In this document: positions 1 to 6,589 of the stretch, piece after piece
Layout: each line of letters starts with the position of its first letter
How positions within the stretch are numbered: position 1 is the first letter of the stretch
Source: Okeania sp.
GTDB taxonomy: Bacteria > Cyanobacteriota > Cyanobacteriia > Cyanobacteriales > Microcoleaceae
Assembly (NCBI RefSeq): GCF_035285525.1
Contig: NZ_JAYKGW010000066.1
Span: 1 to 12,153 of the forward strand
Length of the DNA: 12,153 nucleotides
Reading direction: 5' to 3'
Notes under the pieces: model-generated
What the model was told of the DNA's origin: nothing
What the model saw: the letters and a program-made list of their open reading frames with translations, nothing else
Databases searched by the model: none
Position numbers and translations under genes: made by a program

Positions 1-63
1 CTGGGGTGCTTTAACAAATGATAACATTTTATTAAATCCAGCTCTATAGAAAAATTCTTGAAT
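1..63. repeat. Direct repeat family X, copy 1 (may be truncated by the window edge)
   Basis: ctggggtgctttaacaaatgataacattttattaaatccagctctatagaaaaattcttgaat recurs at 289-352 with a 1-nt indel and scattered substitutions. All frames are closed. Confidence 0.8.
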
Positions 64-288
64 GTTTTGATGGCTTTTTAGTAGAAATAATTAGTTGAAC
101 AAAAAGTCATGTGTATAAACGAAAGACACCAGTTAACATTTATCATATCAGATTTTTGGTAAAAATGCAAGGGGCTTTTTTTGAGGCGCGTTTTTTTTCT
201 GGTAGCTCTCAGAGGATGAAAATGTTGATGTTTACCTGCTGCTATGAGGTTGATTGATATATTTGATCGGGATTAGATAAATAACTGG

Positions 289-352
289 CTGGGGATGCTT
301 TAACAAATGATAATATTTTATTGAACATGGCTCTATAGAGAAGTTATTGAAT
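289..352. repeat. Direct repeat family X, copy 2
   Basis: ctggggatgctttaacaaatgataatattttattgaacatggctctatagagaagttattgaat aligns with 1-63. Confidence 0.8.
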
Positions 353-363
353 TGAATATATAC

Positions 364-458
364 AGTTAAAACATTTCCTGAAGCACTCCACCCAAGGAGA
401 CGAGGGGTGAAAATTTCCTACTCTTGCACATCCCGTTAATTCATTTTATGAAGCTTCC
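364..458. repeat. Direct repeat family Y, copy 1 (made of two ~70-78 nt subunits)
   Basis: agttaaaacatttcctgaagca...ggtgaaaatttcctactcttgcaca...gttaattcattttatgaagcttcc aligns colinearly with 512-606 at an offset of exactly 148 nt. The core GTTAAnnCATTT(T/C) occurs at both ends of the unit. Confidence 0.75.
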
Positions 459-511
459 GACTAGAGAGGAGGTGAATGGTGAAAAATTTCAATTATTTCT
501 CTGTAGGCAAT

Positions 512-606
512 AGTTAAAACATTTTCTGAAGCATCCCAAAGGAGAAGGCGAGTGGTGAAAATTTCCTACTGTTGCGCATGGGGTTAACACATTTTATTAG
601 GAACCC
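512..606. repeat. Direct repeat family Y, copy 2
   Basis: agttaaaacattttctgaagca...ggtgaaaatttcctactgttgcgca...gttaacacattttattaggaaccc lies 148 nt downstream of copy 1 with no net indel. Confidence 0.75.
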
Positions 607-647
607 TAGCATAAAGGATGGATAGTTAACGAAGCACAACACACCAA

Positions 648-708
648 CCAAAACATCTGCGATCAAAATATCTCGCAGAGATGGTGCGTTAATGAAATGT
701 AACGCACC
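648..708 (-). terminator. Candidate ftsH transcription terminator (two consecutive hairpins)
   Basis: Both hairpins lie 65-125 nt downstream of the ftsH stop on the minus strand. The first has a 9-bp stem (683-691 / 700-708, ggtgcgtta/taacgcacc) and an 8-nt loop. The second has a 7-bp stem (656-662 / 673-679, tctgcga/tcgcaga) and is followed on the minus strand by UGUUUUGG. Confidence 0.45.
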
Positions 709-773
709 CTATAAAGATAACTACAAAATAGCTAACAACTTAATCCGTATATCCGTGGCATAATCCGTGTGAG

Positions 774-2615
774 CTAAATTAAAGCAGCCATTTTCACATC
801 ATTAGTTGCCAACAACTCCTGTAACTCATCAGAATCTACAGTCTCCTTATCCACCAACATTTCCGCCAACTTATCCAAAACATGACGGTTGCCTTCCAAA
901 ACTTCCTTCGCCCGACGATAAGCTTGGTCTACCAAATTACGCACCTCATCGTCAATAGCAGCAGCAGTTTCCTCAGAAAAATCTCGCTCAGACATAATAT
1001 CCCTTCCTAAGAACATATTACCATTCTGACGACCAAGAGCCACAGGACCCAAGCGATCGCTCATGCCAAACCGAGTCACCATTTGACGAGCAACACGAGC
1101 CACCTGCTGTAAATCATTAGAAGCACCAGTAGTCACCTCTTCATCACCAAAAACAATTTCCTCAGCTAAACGACCACCCAAAGCAACCGCCATTTGATTT
1201 TGGAGATAAGCACGGGAATACAAACCAGAATCCATCCGGTCTTCACTAGGAGTAAACCAAGTTAAACCACCAGCACCCCCACGAGGAATAATACTAATTT
1301 TCTGTACTGGGTCATAATCAGGCATTAACGCTCCGACCAAAGCATGACCAGCTTCGTGATATGCTACTAATTCCTTACGCTTCTCACTCATTACTCGGTC
1401 TTTCTTCTCTGGACCAGCTAATACTCGGTCAATAGCATCATTAACTTCGTCCATAGAAATTTCTGTTAAGTTGCGACGAGCTGCTAAAATAGCAGATTCA
1501 TTTAATAGATTAGATAAATCTGCTCCAGTAAATCCAGGAGTCCGACGGGCAATTTTTTCTAAGTCCACATCTTTAGAAAGACTCTTACCACGAGCATGAA
1601 CGTTGAGAATTTCTAGACGGCCTGCATAGTCAGGGCGGTCTACTACTACTTGACGGTCAAAACGGCCAGGACGTAGGAGGGCAGCATCTAAAACATCTGG
1701 ACGGTTAGTTGCAGCTATAATAATGATACCTGTGTTGCCTTCAAAACCATCCATTTCGGTGAGTAACTGGTTAAGAGTTTGTTCTCTTTCGTCGTTACCA
1801 CCTCCTAAACCAGCGCCCCTTTGACGACCTACTGCATCTATTTCATCTATAAATACGATACAGGGAGCGTTAGATTTGGCTTGTTCAAATAGGTCTCGAA
1901 CCCTAGAAGCACCAACACCTACGAACATTTCGACAAATTCTGAACCGGAGATGGAGAAGAATGGTACTCCTGCTTCTCCAGCAACAGCTTTAGCTAATAA
2001 AGTTTTACCTGTTCCGGGTGGTCCGACTAATAGTACGCCTTTTGGTATTTTGGCTCCTACTGCTGTGAAGCGATCAGCGTTTTTCAGGAAGTCCACTACT
2101 TCGGTTAGTTCTAGTTTTGCTTGCTCGATTCCTGCTACGTCGCTAAAGGTGACTTGGGTTTGAGGTTCCATTTGGACTCTAGCTTTGGATTTGCCAAAGT
2201 TCATTGCTTGGCTACCTGGTCCACTTTGAGCACGACGTAGTAGGAAGAATAATCCTACTAATAATAGGACGGGGAAGAATAGGCTACTTAATGCTCTAAC
2301 CCAGAAACCTTCTTCGTTTTGGGGCAGTACGGAAATATCTACTCTGTTTTGAGTGAGGATGTTAATTAGATCTGGGTCATTGGGTAGATTGACTCGGAAG
2401 ATAGTTCCGTCTGCTGCTTTGACTCTAGCTACTGTCCGGTCAGCGCTTATACTTACTTTATCTACGTTTTTGTTTTCTATTTGTTGAATGAATTGACTGT
2501 ATTTCCAGGTTTCACGAGTTTGGGGTTGTTGATCGAAGAATGCTGTTGCTAGGGCGATGACTACTATTGCTAGTAGGGCGTATAGACCAGCGTTTCTCCA
2601 TTTTTTATTGTTCAC
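774..2615 (-). CDS. ftsH: ATP-dependent zinc metalloprotease FtsH (membrane AAA+ protease, cyanobacterial/chloroplast type)
   Basis: The 613-aa ORF has an N-terminal TM helix, a periplasmic/lumenal loop and a second TM helix. It carries Walker A GPPGTGKT, Walker B IVFIDEID, the [22 protein letters not shown] and the zinc site HEAGH. The start is GTG at 2615-2613, with AAGGAG 9 nt upstream. Confidence 0.97.
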   Translation of the reverse strand: MNNKKWRNAGLYALLAIVVIALATAFFDQQPQTRETWKYSQFIQQIENKNVDKVSISADRTVARVKAADGTIFRVNLPNDPDLINILTQNRVDISVLPQNEEGFWVRALSSLFFPVLLLVGLFFLLRRAQSGPGSQAMNFGKSKARVQMEPQTQVTFSDVAGIEQAKLELTEVVDFLKNADRFTAVGAKIPKGVLLVGPPGTGKTLLAKAVAGEAGVPFFSISGSEFVEMFVGVGASRVRDLFEQAKSNAPCIVFIDEIDAVGRQRGAGLGGGNDEREQTLNQLLTEMDGFEGNTGIIIIAATNRPDVLDAALLRPGRFDRQVVVDRPDYAGRLEILNVHARGKSLSKDVDLEKIARRTPGFTGADLSNLLNESAILAARRNLTEISMDEVNDAIDRVLAGPEKKDRVMSEKRKELVAYHEAGHALVGALMPDYDPVQKISIIPRGGAGGLTWFTPSEDRMDSGLYSRAYLQNQMAVALGGRLAEEIVFGDEEVTTGASNDLQQVARVARQMVTRFGMSDRLGPVALGRQNGNMFLGRDIMSERDFSEETAAAIDDEVRNLVDQAYRRAKEVLEGNRHVLDKLAEMLVDKETVDSDELQELLATNDVKMAALI

Positions 2616-2624
2616 TAGGGGTTG

Positions 2625-2630
2625 CTCCTT
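2625..2630 (-). promoter_or_regulatory. Shine-Dalgarno of ftsH
   Basis: Plus-strand ctcctt is AAGGAG on the minus strand, with a 9-nt spacer to the GTG start. Confidence 0.7.
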
Positions 2631-2733
2631 TTAATCTTTTATGGTAAAGGGACTATAGTTATTAATCCTTATATATTAACTTATGTTAACTTGCTTCTCA
2701 TTATGTTATCACAGTTTTAGCGCTAATTAAAAA

Positions 2734-2751
2734 TCAGGAGTCAGGAGTCAG
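2734..2751. repeat. STRR-like tandem heptamer (TCAGGAG x2.5)
   Basis: The sequence is tcaggagtcaggagtcag. Short tandem heptamers are characteristic of intergenic DNA in heterocystous cyanobacteria. Confidence 0.7.
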
Positions 2752-2921
2752 AATTTTCAAGGTTTTTAGCTCAAGTTAACTATTATAAAACTTATTACAT
2801 CAGGACTTACGCAGTAAGGCTATACCTAGTATGGGATAATGACCATTAAGCTCTACAGATGGTGTATGATTTTGTTATTTGTGTAAGTCTTGTACATCCT
2901 ATTTTGGATTGCTATATAAGT

Positions 2922-3170
2922 GAAGTCAAAAGTTAAAATTTAGAATCTTTACTTCGACTTCTATAACTCGTAATTGATAACTTTAGAGTTAACTTGATAG
3001 ATATCACAAATATTTGTAGTTTCAAATTTTAAATATGAAATAATTTCCCGAACTACTCTGTCATCTTTATAGAAGTGAAAGTCAAAAGTTAGAGTCTTTG
3101 CTTCGACTGCCATTTGAGAATTCAAAAGTTAAAAGTCAAAATGCAAAAGTTAGAATTTTGGCTTTGACTG
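2922..3170. repeat. Three dispersed copies of an AAAGTCA/AAAGTTA heptamer-derived repeat
   Basis: Copy 1 is 2922-2961 (gaagtcaaaagttaaaatttagaatctttacttcgacttc). Copy 2 is 3073-3110 (gaagtgaaagtcaaaagttagagtctttgcttcgactgc). Copy 3 is 3121-3170 (ttcaaaagttaaaagtcaaaatgcaaaagttagaattttggctttgactg). Each pairs an AGTCAAAAG-type arm with a CTTCGACT / CTTTGACT arm, giving an imperfect hairpin. Confidence 0.65.
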
Positions 3171-3176
3171 TTATTA

Positions 3177-3223
3177 CTGATAACTGAAAAAGCTGATAAT
3201 TGAAAAAGCTGAGAACTGAAATG
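3177..3223 (+). repeat. 16-nt tandem repeat x3 running into the ATG at 3221
   Basis: The units are ctgataactgaaaaag, ctgataattgaaaaag and ctgagaactgaaatg. They are rich in TGA/TAA in several frames. Confidence 0.75.
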
Positions 3224-3784
3224 AATAATTTGAATTATCTAGAAACTTCAGGATGGCTAAGGTCATTAAAAGAGGGAAAGTCAATAGATTATAATTATAG
3301 TCCTTTGCCTTGGTATTCTTATCCTGCCATTGAATTTATTGAGGATAAATTAAAGGGTGATTTTCGAGTATTTTAATATGGGAGCGGACAATCAACTTTA
3401 TGGTATGCTCGGAGAGTTAAAGAGGTAATTTCTGTAGAACATAACTCTGATTATTTTATGGGAGTTTCTACTTCTATTCCTAATAATGTCAAGCTGGTTT
3501 TGAAAGAAGATAGGCAAAAATATGTTGAGGAAATAAGTAATTATGATGATGGTTATTTTGATGTAATTATTATTGATGGAATTGAGAGAGTTAAATGTGC
3601 TGAAGTATGTGGAAATAACCTCTCTAAATCTGGCTGGATAGTTTTTGATAATTCTGATAGAGAGGAAAATAATATAGCAATACTTTTTTGGCAAAGTCAA
3701 GGGTTTAAACGGATAGATTTTTATGGTTTAGTTGCTTCTCAAAGATATAAAACTTGTACTTCAGTTTTTTTTTCAAAGAGATGA
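3221..3784 (+). pseudogene. Small class I SAM-dependent methyltransferase-like gene with one in-frame nonsense codon (TAA 3374-3376)
   Basis: One frame is continuous from ATG 3221 to TGA 3784 (188 codons) apart from TAA at codon 52. The stop falls inside the glycine-rich motif RVF*YGSGQSTLWYA, where E (GAA) is expected. The downstream sequence DVIIIDGIERVKC...IVFDNSD is typical of the fold. ORF-track entry 3458-3784 is only the tail of this frame. Confidence 0.6.
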
Positions 3785-3827
3785 TTTTTGATCTGATTTA
3801 AAATTCCCAAGTCAAAAAAGGTCTTGT

Positions 3828-4696
3828 TTGAGTATTTCTCTTGGTCAAGGTGAGGCAATAGCTAGAAGAAATAATCAAAATGAAGGTAGTAAAAATAATC
3901 AAGTTTTGGCTTGTTACGAAGCTATTAAAAGTCAACCTGATTCTGCTGAAGTTTACCAGAAATTAGGGGATGTTTATTACTCTCAAGGTGAAATTGAAAA
4001 GTCTATTCGTTCTTACCAGAAAGCTATAGAATTACAACCTGATTTGGCAATACTTTATGGAAAGTTAGGCAAGTTTTATTCCCAAAAAGGTTAACTATGA
4101 CAGGCGATCGCTTGCTTTAAAAAAGTTATTAATCTTGAACGAAATTCGCCAGATATATATTGGAGTATTAGTCAGATTTTACAGCAACAAGGTAAGTTAT
4201 CTGAGGCTGAGGTTTATCAGGAAAAAGCATTAGAAATTAAACCCGATATAATTACAAAATCTTATGCTTTGAATCAGCTTGATTTTAAACTTACTCGTTA
4301 CCTAGCTTGGGAAAATGGATTTTTTATTGAAGTTGGTGCAAATGATGGAATAAGTTAAAGCAACACTTTATATTTTGAGAAGTATAAAAACTGGCAAGGT
4401 ATTTTGATTGAAGCAATACCGGAGTTGGCGGAAAAATGTAGAGTTAATCGCTCTAAGGTGGAAAATTATGCTTTAGTTTCTTTTAATTATGGTCAGGATT
4501 ATATATAAAAATGCACTATTGTAATTTGATGTCTTTTGTTGATGGAGCGATGAATTCGGAGGAGGAAAAAAGATTTCATTTACAAAGGGGATGTCAGGTT
4601 CAAAATATTAGTAATAGTTATGAAATAAGTGTTCCAACAATGACGTTAACTGGGATTTTTGACAAGTATGGAGTTAAAAATATAGATTTGTTTTCG
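3828..4696 (+). pseudogene. TPR-repeat / FkbM-family methyltransferase fusion gene, 5' part (multiple lesions, truncated by IS insertion)
   Basis: There are three TPR-like units (AEVYQKLGDVYYSQGEIEKSIRSYQKAIELQP...). The FkbM motif GFFIEVGANDG follows. In-frame stops are TAA 4092-4094, TGA 4098-4100 and TAA 4356-4358 (GIS*SN). A +2 frameshift sits in the tatatata run at about 4500-4507. The frame then continues as ...GIFDKYGVKNIDLFS up to 4696. The start is uncertain (TTG 3828 in the track). Confidence 0.7.
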
Positions 4697-4860
4697 GTGA
4701 AGTTCTCTCCCGTTAAATCGAAGATTATAACGGGAGTTTCTAAAACAGAGATGATTGAATCCAAGTTTCAGAAGTTTCTTGCTTCACAGGCTGACTAATG
4801 TCTAAGCCTCCACAAGCAGACAAGATGATACCCACCTCGTTTAATGCTTTATTTAATATG
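4697..4860 (-). ncRNA. Predicted omega-RNA (reRNA) scaffold of TnpB; the 5' limit is a guess
   Basis: By analogy with characterised TnpB systems, the guide RNA scaffold overlaps the tnpB 3' end and the RE and ends at the element boundary. This stretch contains the RE hairpin (4707-4736). The guide would continue into the flank as 5'-CGAAAACAAATCTATATTTT (reverse complement of 4677-4696). Confidence 0.35.
4707..4736 (-). repeat. RE subterminal hairpin of the IS
   Basis: The plus-strand sequence is ctcccgtta-aatcgaagatta-taacgggag, a 9-bp stem with a 12-nt loop. Its foot lies 10 nt from the right-end boundary (4697). Confidence 0.8.
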
Positions 4861-6005
4861 TTAATTGCAGCGTTCTCGTCTCTATCTAAAACCGTTTTAC
4901 ACTTAGGGCAAGAATGAGTTCTAACTGACAAAGATTTAGGTACTTTTTGACCACAATTACTACAATTTTGTGACGTATTTTGAGGGTTGACTTTGATAAA
5001 ATGAACACCGCGTTTTACCGCTACTGCATTCAATTTTTCCAGAAAAGTCCCCCAGGCTACATCATAAATTGATTTTGATAATTTAGTATTTCTAGCTAAA
5101 CCTTTAATATTAAGTTCTTCTACAGCAATTAAATCATACTCTTTAACTAATTTATGAGCAGTTTTATAGTGGAAATTTTCTCTTTGTCTAGCAATATGTT
5201 GATGCAATCTAGCTATTTTATTTTGTGCTTTTTTCCAGTTATTAGAACCAATTTCTTTTCTAGCTGCTTTACTTTGTTTTCTAGCTAAATTAGATTGGGC
5301 TTTTCTATAGAAATTTGGCACAGAAACAGTTTCTCCAATATTAGTAGTTAAAAACTCTTTTAAGCCTACATCAATACCTATCGCAGTTTTCATATTATCT
5401 TTAGGAATTAGACTGGGAACTGACTTATCTTCCAAACTAAAACTGACATAATAGCCATCAGCTTTTTTGATTATAGTTGCAGTTTTCATAGTAAATCCAT
5501 CTGGAATTGGTCTATGAACTATTACTGGAATAGCACCAAATCTGCTAATAATAATTTGCTTACCATCAAATTTCACTGCTGCTTTAGGATGATTGACCCT
5601 ACTAAAGCTTAATGACCTTAGTTTGCCAGACTTTTTAAACCTTGGTCTACCAAATCTTTTACCTGTTTTGTCAGGAATTAACCAACGTTTCCAAGCTTTA
5701 TCTAGTCTTTGTAGATTAATTTGTTGAACTTCAGAGTAAATTTCTTTATACTCAGGAAATAATTGTTTTGTTTCTTTAAGTGCTGATTGCTGAAAATAAT
5801 AATCTGGTCTACAAGGAATCTTGCCAATAGGACATGAAATTGTTGAGCATCGGTCTATTTGACATCTAGTTCTATTTAACCAATCTAATCTTTGAGAAAG
5901 GGCATAATTCCAATGTCTCCTCAAAAGTTCTAACCAATTATCTATCTTAGTCTTAGCTATTTGTTTTGGATTTGGTTTGATTTTGTAACAATGGCTTATT
6001 ATCAT
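4740..6005 (-). CDS. tnpB: TnpB (IS605 OrfB-family RNA-guided endonuclease), apparently catalytically intact
   Basis: The protein is 421 aa. The N-terminus YKIKPNPKQ...RRHWNYAL is OrfB-like. RuvC-I is IGIDVGLK, RuvC-II is IAVEELN, the zinc ribbon is CSNCG...CPKCK and RuvC-III is DRDENAAINI. Confidence 0.93.
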   Translation of the reverse strand: MIISHCYKIKPNPKQIAKTKIDNWLELLRRHWNYALSQRLDWLNRTRCQIDRCSTISCPIGKIPCRPDYYFQQSALKETKQLFPEYKEIYSEVQQINLQRLDKAWKRWLIPDKTGKRFGRPRFKKSGKLRSLSFSRVNHPKAAVKFDGKQIIISRFGAIPVIVHRPIPDGFTMKTATIIKKADGYYVSFSLEDKSVPSLIPKDNMKTAIGIDVGLKEFLTTNIGETVSVPNFYRKAQSNLARKQSKAARKEIGSNNWKKAQNKIARLHQHIARQRENFHYKTAHKLVKEYDLIAVEELNIKGLARNTKLSKSIYDVAWGTFLEKLNAVAVKRGVHFIKVNPQNTSQNCSNCGQKVPKSLSVRTHSCPKCKTVLDRDENAAINILNKALNEVGIILSACGGLDISQPVKQETSETWIQSSLF

Positions 6006-6043
6006 TTCTTTGCTCTTTCGACCAGAACTATATTATAATAGTT

Positions 6044-6066
6044 TGTGTAGAATTTGTCTATACACA
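6044..6066. promoter_or_regulatory. Inverted repeat in the divergent tnpB / RHH intergenic region (candidate operator)
   Basis: TGTGTA-11 nt-TACACA ends 1 nt before the ATG at 6067 and lies 39 nt from the tnpB start. Confidence 0.25.
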
Positions 6067-6237
6067 ATGAAGAAAACAGGATTAAATATACGAATAAGTC
6101 AGAACAGATTAAATAAGCTGAGATTATATGCAGCAGAAAATGAAAAAACGATGACCCAAGTAATAAGTGATTTTATAGATTCACTGAGACTTAAAGACAA
6201 GAAATCAGAAGAAAAACATCAATCGACACCTATTTAA
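6067..6237 (+). CDS. Small ribbon-helix-helix (CopG/Arc/MetJ-like) DNA-binding protein carried inside the IS
   Basis: The 56-aa product is MKKTGLNIRISQNRLNKLRLYAAENEKTMTQVISDFIDSLRLKDKKSEEKHQSTPI. It shows a beta-strand (LNIRIS), helix 1 (NRLNKLRLYAAENEK), helix 2 (TMTQVISDFIDSL) and a basic tail. I prefer the internal ATG 6067 to the track start at 6010. Confidence 0.55.
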   Translation: MKKTGLNIRISQNRLNKLRLYAAENEKTMTQVISDFIDSLRLKDKKSEEKHQSTPI

Positions 6238-6257
6238 TTTGCAGCTCGGCAATTCCC

Positions 6258-6287
6258 ATCCCGTTAAATCGGAGATTATAACGGGAT
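6258..6287 (-). repeat. LE subterminal hairpin of the IS
   Basis: The plus-strand sequence is atcccgtta-aatcggagatta-taacgggat, a 9-bp stem. The 26-nt core matches the RE hairpin at 25 of 26 positions. The outermost base pair covaries (A-T here, C-G at RE). The foot lies 18 nt from the left-end boundary (6305). Confidence 0.8.
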
Positions 6288-6305
6288 ACCCCTTGCCGAA
6301 TCTAG

Positions 6306-6467
6306 TTGGATATTGAAGGTTTTGAATTAAATGTTTTGCAAGGTATTAATTTTGATAAATATCAACCAAAATTTATGTTGATAGAGGTACGTTATGGAGA
6401 TAGAAAAGCTATTGATTATTTTTTAAGACCTTTATTTCAATCTATTGCGGTGTTTTATAATAACTAA
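6306..6467 (+). pseudogene. FkbM-family methyltransferase, 3' fragment displaced by the IS
   Basis: The translation is LDIEGFELNVLQGINFDKYQPKFMLIEVRYGDRKAIDYFLRPLFQSIAVFYNN*, with the stop at TAA 6465-6467. This is the canonical C-terminal FkbM block. Confidence 0.75.
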
Positions 6468-6589
6468 TAACTGAATTTTAACCATTTTAGTTCAGACATA
6501 ATAACTGATAACTAATAACTGAACTTTAAGCCTTTTGGTTCAGCAATAAAAACTGATAACTAATAACTGAAAGTTAACTCATAACTCAA
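6456..6589 (+). repeat. 48-nt tandem repeat x~2.8 (STRR-like heptamers ATAACTG/ATAACTA plus a short hairpin) immediately upstream of the giant ORF
   Basis: taactaataactgaa occurs at 6461, 6509 and 6557, giving an exact 48-nt period. In the first two units it is followed by a ctgaa(t/c)...gttcag stem. Confidence 0.8.

Larger units (their letters stand above)
4697..6305 (-). mobile_element. IS200/IS605-family insertion sequence (tnpB-only, IS1341/IS891-like), 1609 bp, no tnpA
   Basis: Removing 4697-6305 rejoins ...KNIDLFS to LDIEGFELNVLQG..., which is the conserved FkbM block (IDLxKxDxEGxE). The junction is ambiguous by 1 nt because g4696 equals g6305. There are no terminal inverted repeats and no target duplication. 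Near-identical subterminal hairpins sit at both ends. The element encodes TnpB. Confidence 0.85.

Noticed and set aside
171-200. Two T-runs (ggggcttttttttgaggcgcgtttttttt) as an intrinsic terminator
   Set aside because: I could not find a convincing GC-rich stem immediately upstream of either run, and no gene in the window ends here.
364-640. Possible degenerate CRISPR array (regular ~70-78-nt spacing of a conserved ~25-nt core)
   Set aside because: The inter-core segments are themselves conserved between units (364-458 aligns with 512-606 along its full length), so there are no unique spacers. The core has no typical repeat termini, and no cas genes are in the window.
1876-2163. 95-aa + strand ORF from the track
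   Set aside because: It lies entirely antisense within the well-supported ftsH CDS. The sequence is Pro/Thr/Ser-rich shadow-frame material with no recognisable motif.
2803-2891. Possible structured RNA or tRNA-like element (gacttac at 2804-2810 pairs with gtaagtc at 2885-2891)
   Set aside because: There is only a single 7-bp long-range complement, with no cloverleaf and no T-loop or anticodon-arm signatures. It is too weak in AT-rich DNA.
3398-3700. 100-aa - strand ORF from the track
   Set aside because: It is antisense to the methyltransferase-like frame 3221-3784. The translation is low-complexity and I/N/F/Y-rich, as expected from AT-rich DNA.
4092-4100. In-frame TAA and TGA (and TAA at 3374 and 4356) as programmed recoding, read-through or selenocysteine
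   Set aside because: There are two different stop codons within three codons, no hairpin resembling a SECIS element, plus a frameshift and an IS in the same gene. Ordinary pseudogenisation is far more parsimonious.
4511-4798. 95-aa + strand ORF from the track
   Set aside because: It is a chimera. Residues up to ...NIDLFS are the FkbM pseudogene frame, and the rest (VKFSPVKSKII...) is read-through into the IS right end and the antisense of the tnpB 3' end.
6010-6066. N-terminal extension of the RHH ORF (MLFRPELYYNSLCRICLYT) as drawn in the track
   Set aside because: The 6010 start is a TTG lying 4 nt from the divergent tnpB start codon, so the extension fills the intergenic region and leaves no room for promoters. 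It also covers the palindrome and adds a hydrophobic, Cys-rich peptide foreign to RHH proteins. The ATG at 6067 gives a canonical-length RHH.
4697-6305. Search for a tnpA (Y1 HUH transposase) or serine recombinase inside the element
   Set aside because: The only ORFs in the element are tnpB and the 56-75-aa RHH frame. No HUH or catalytic Tyr motif, and no frame of about 130-200 aa, is available. The element must rely on a TnpA supplied in trans.
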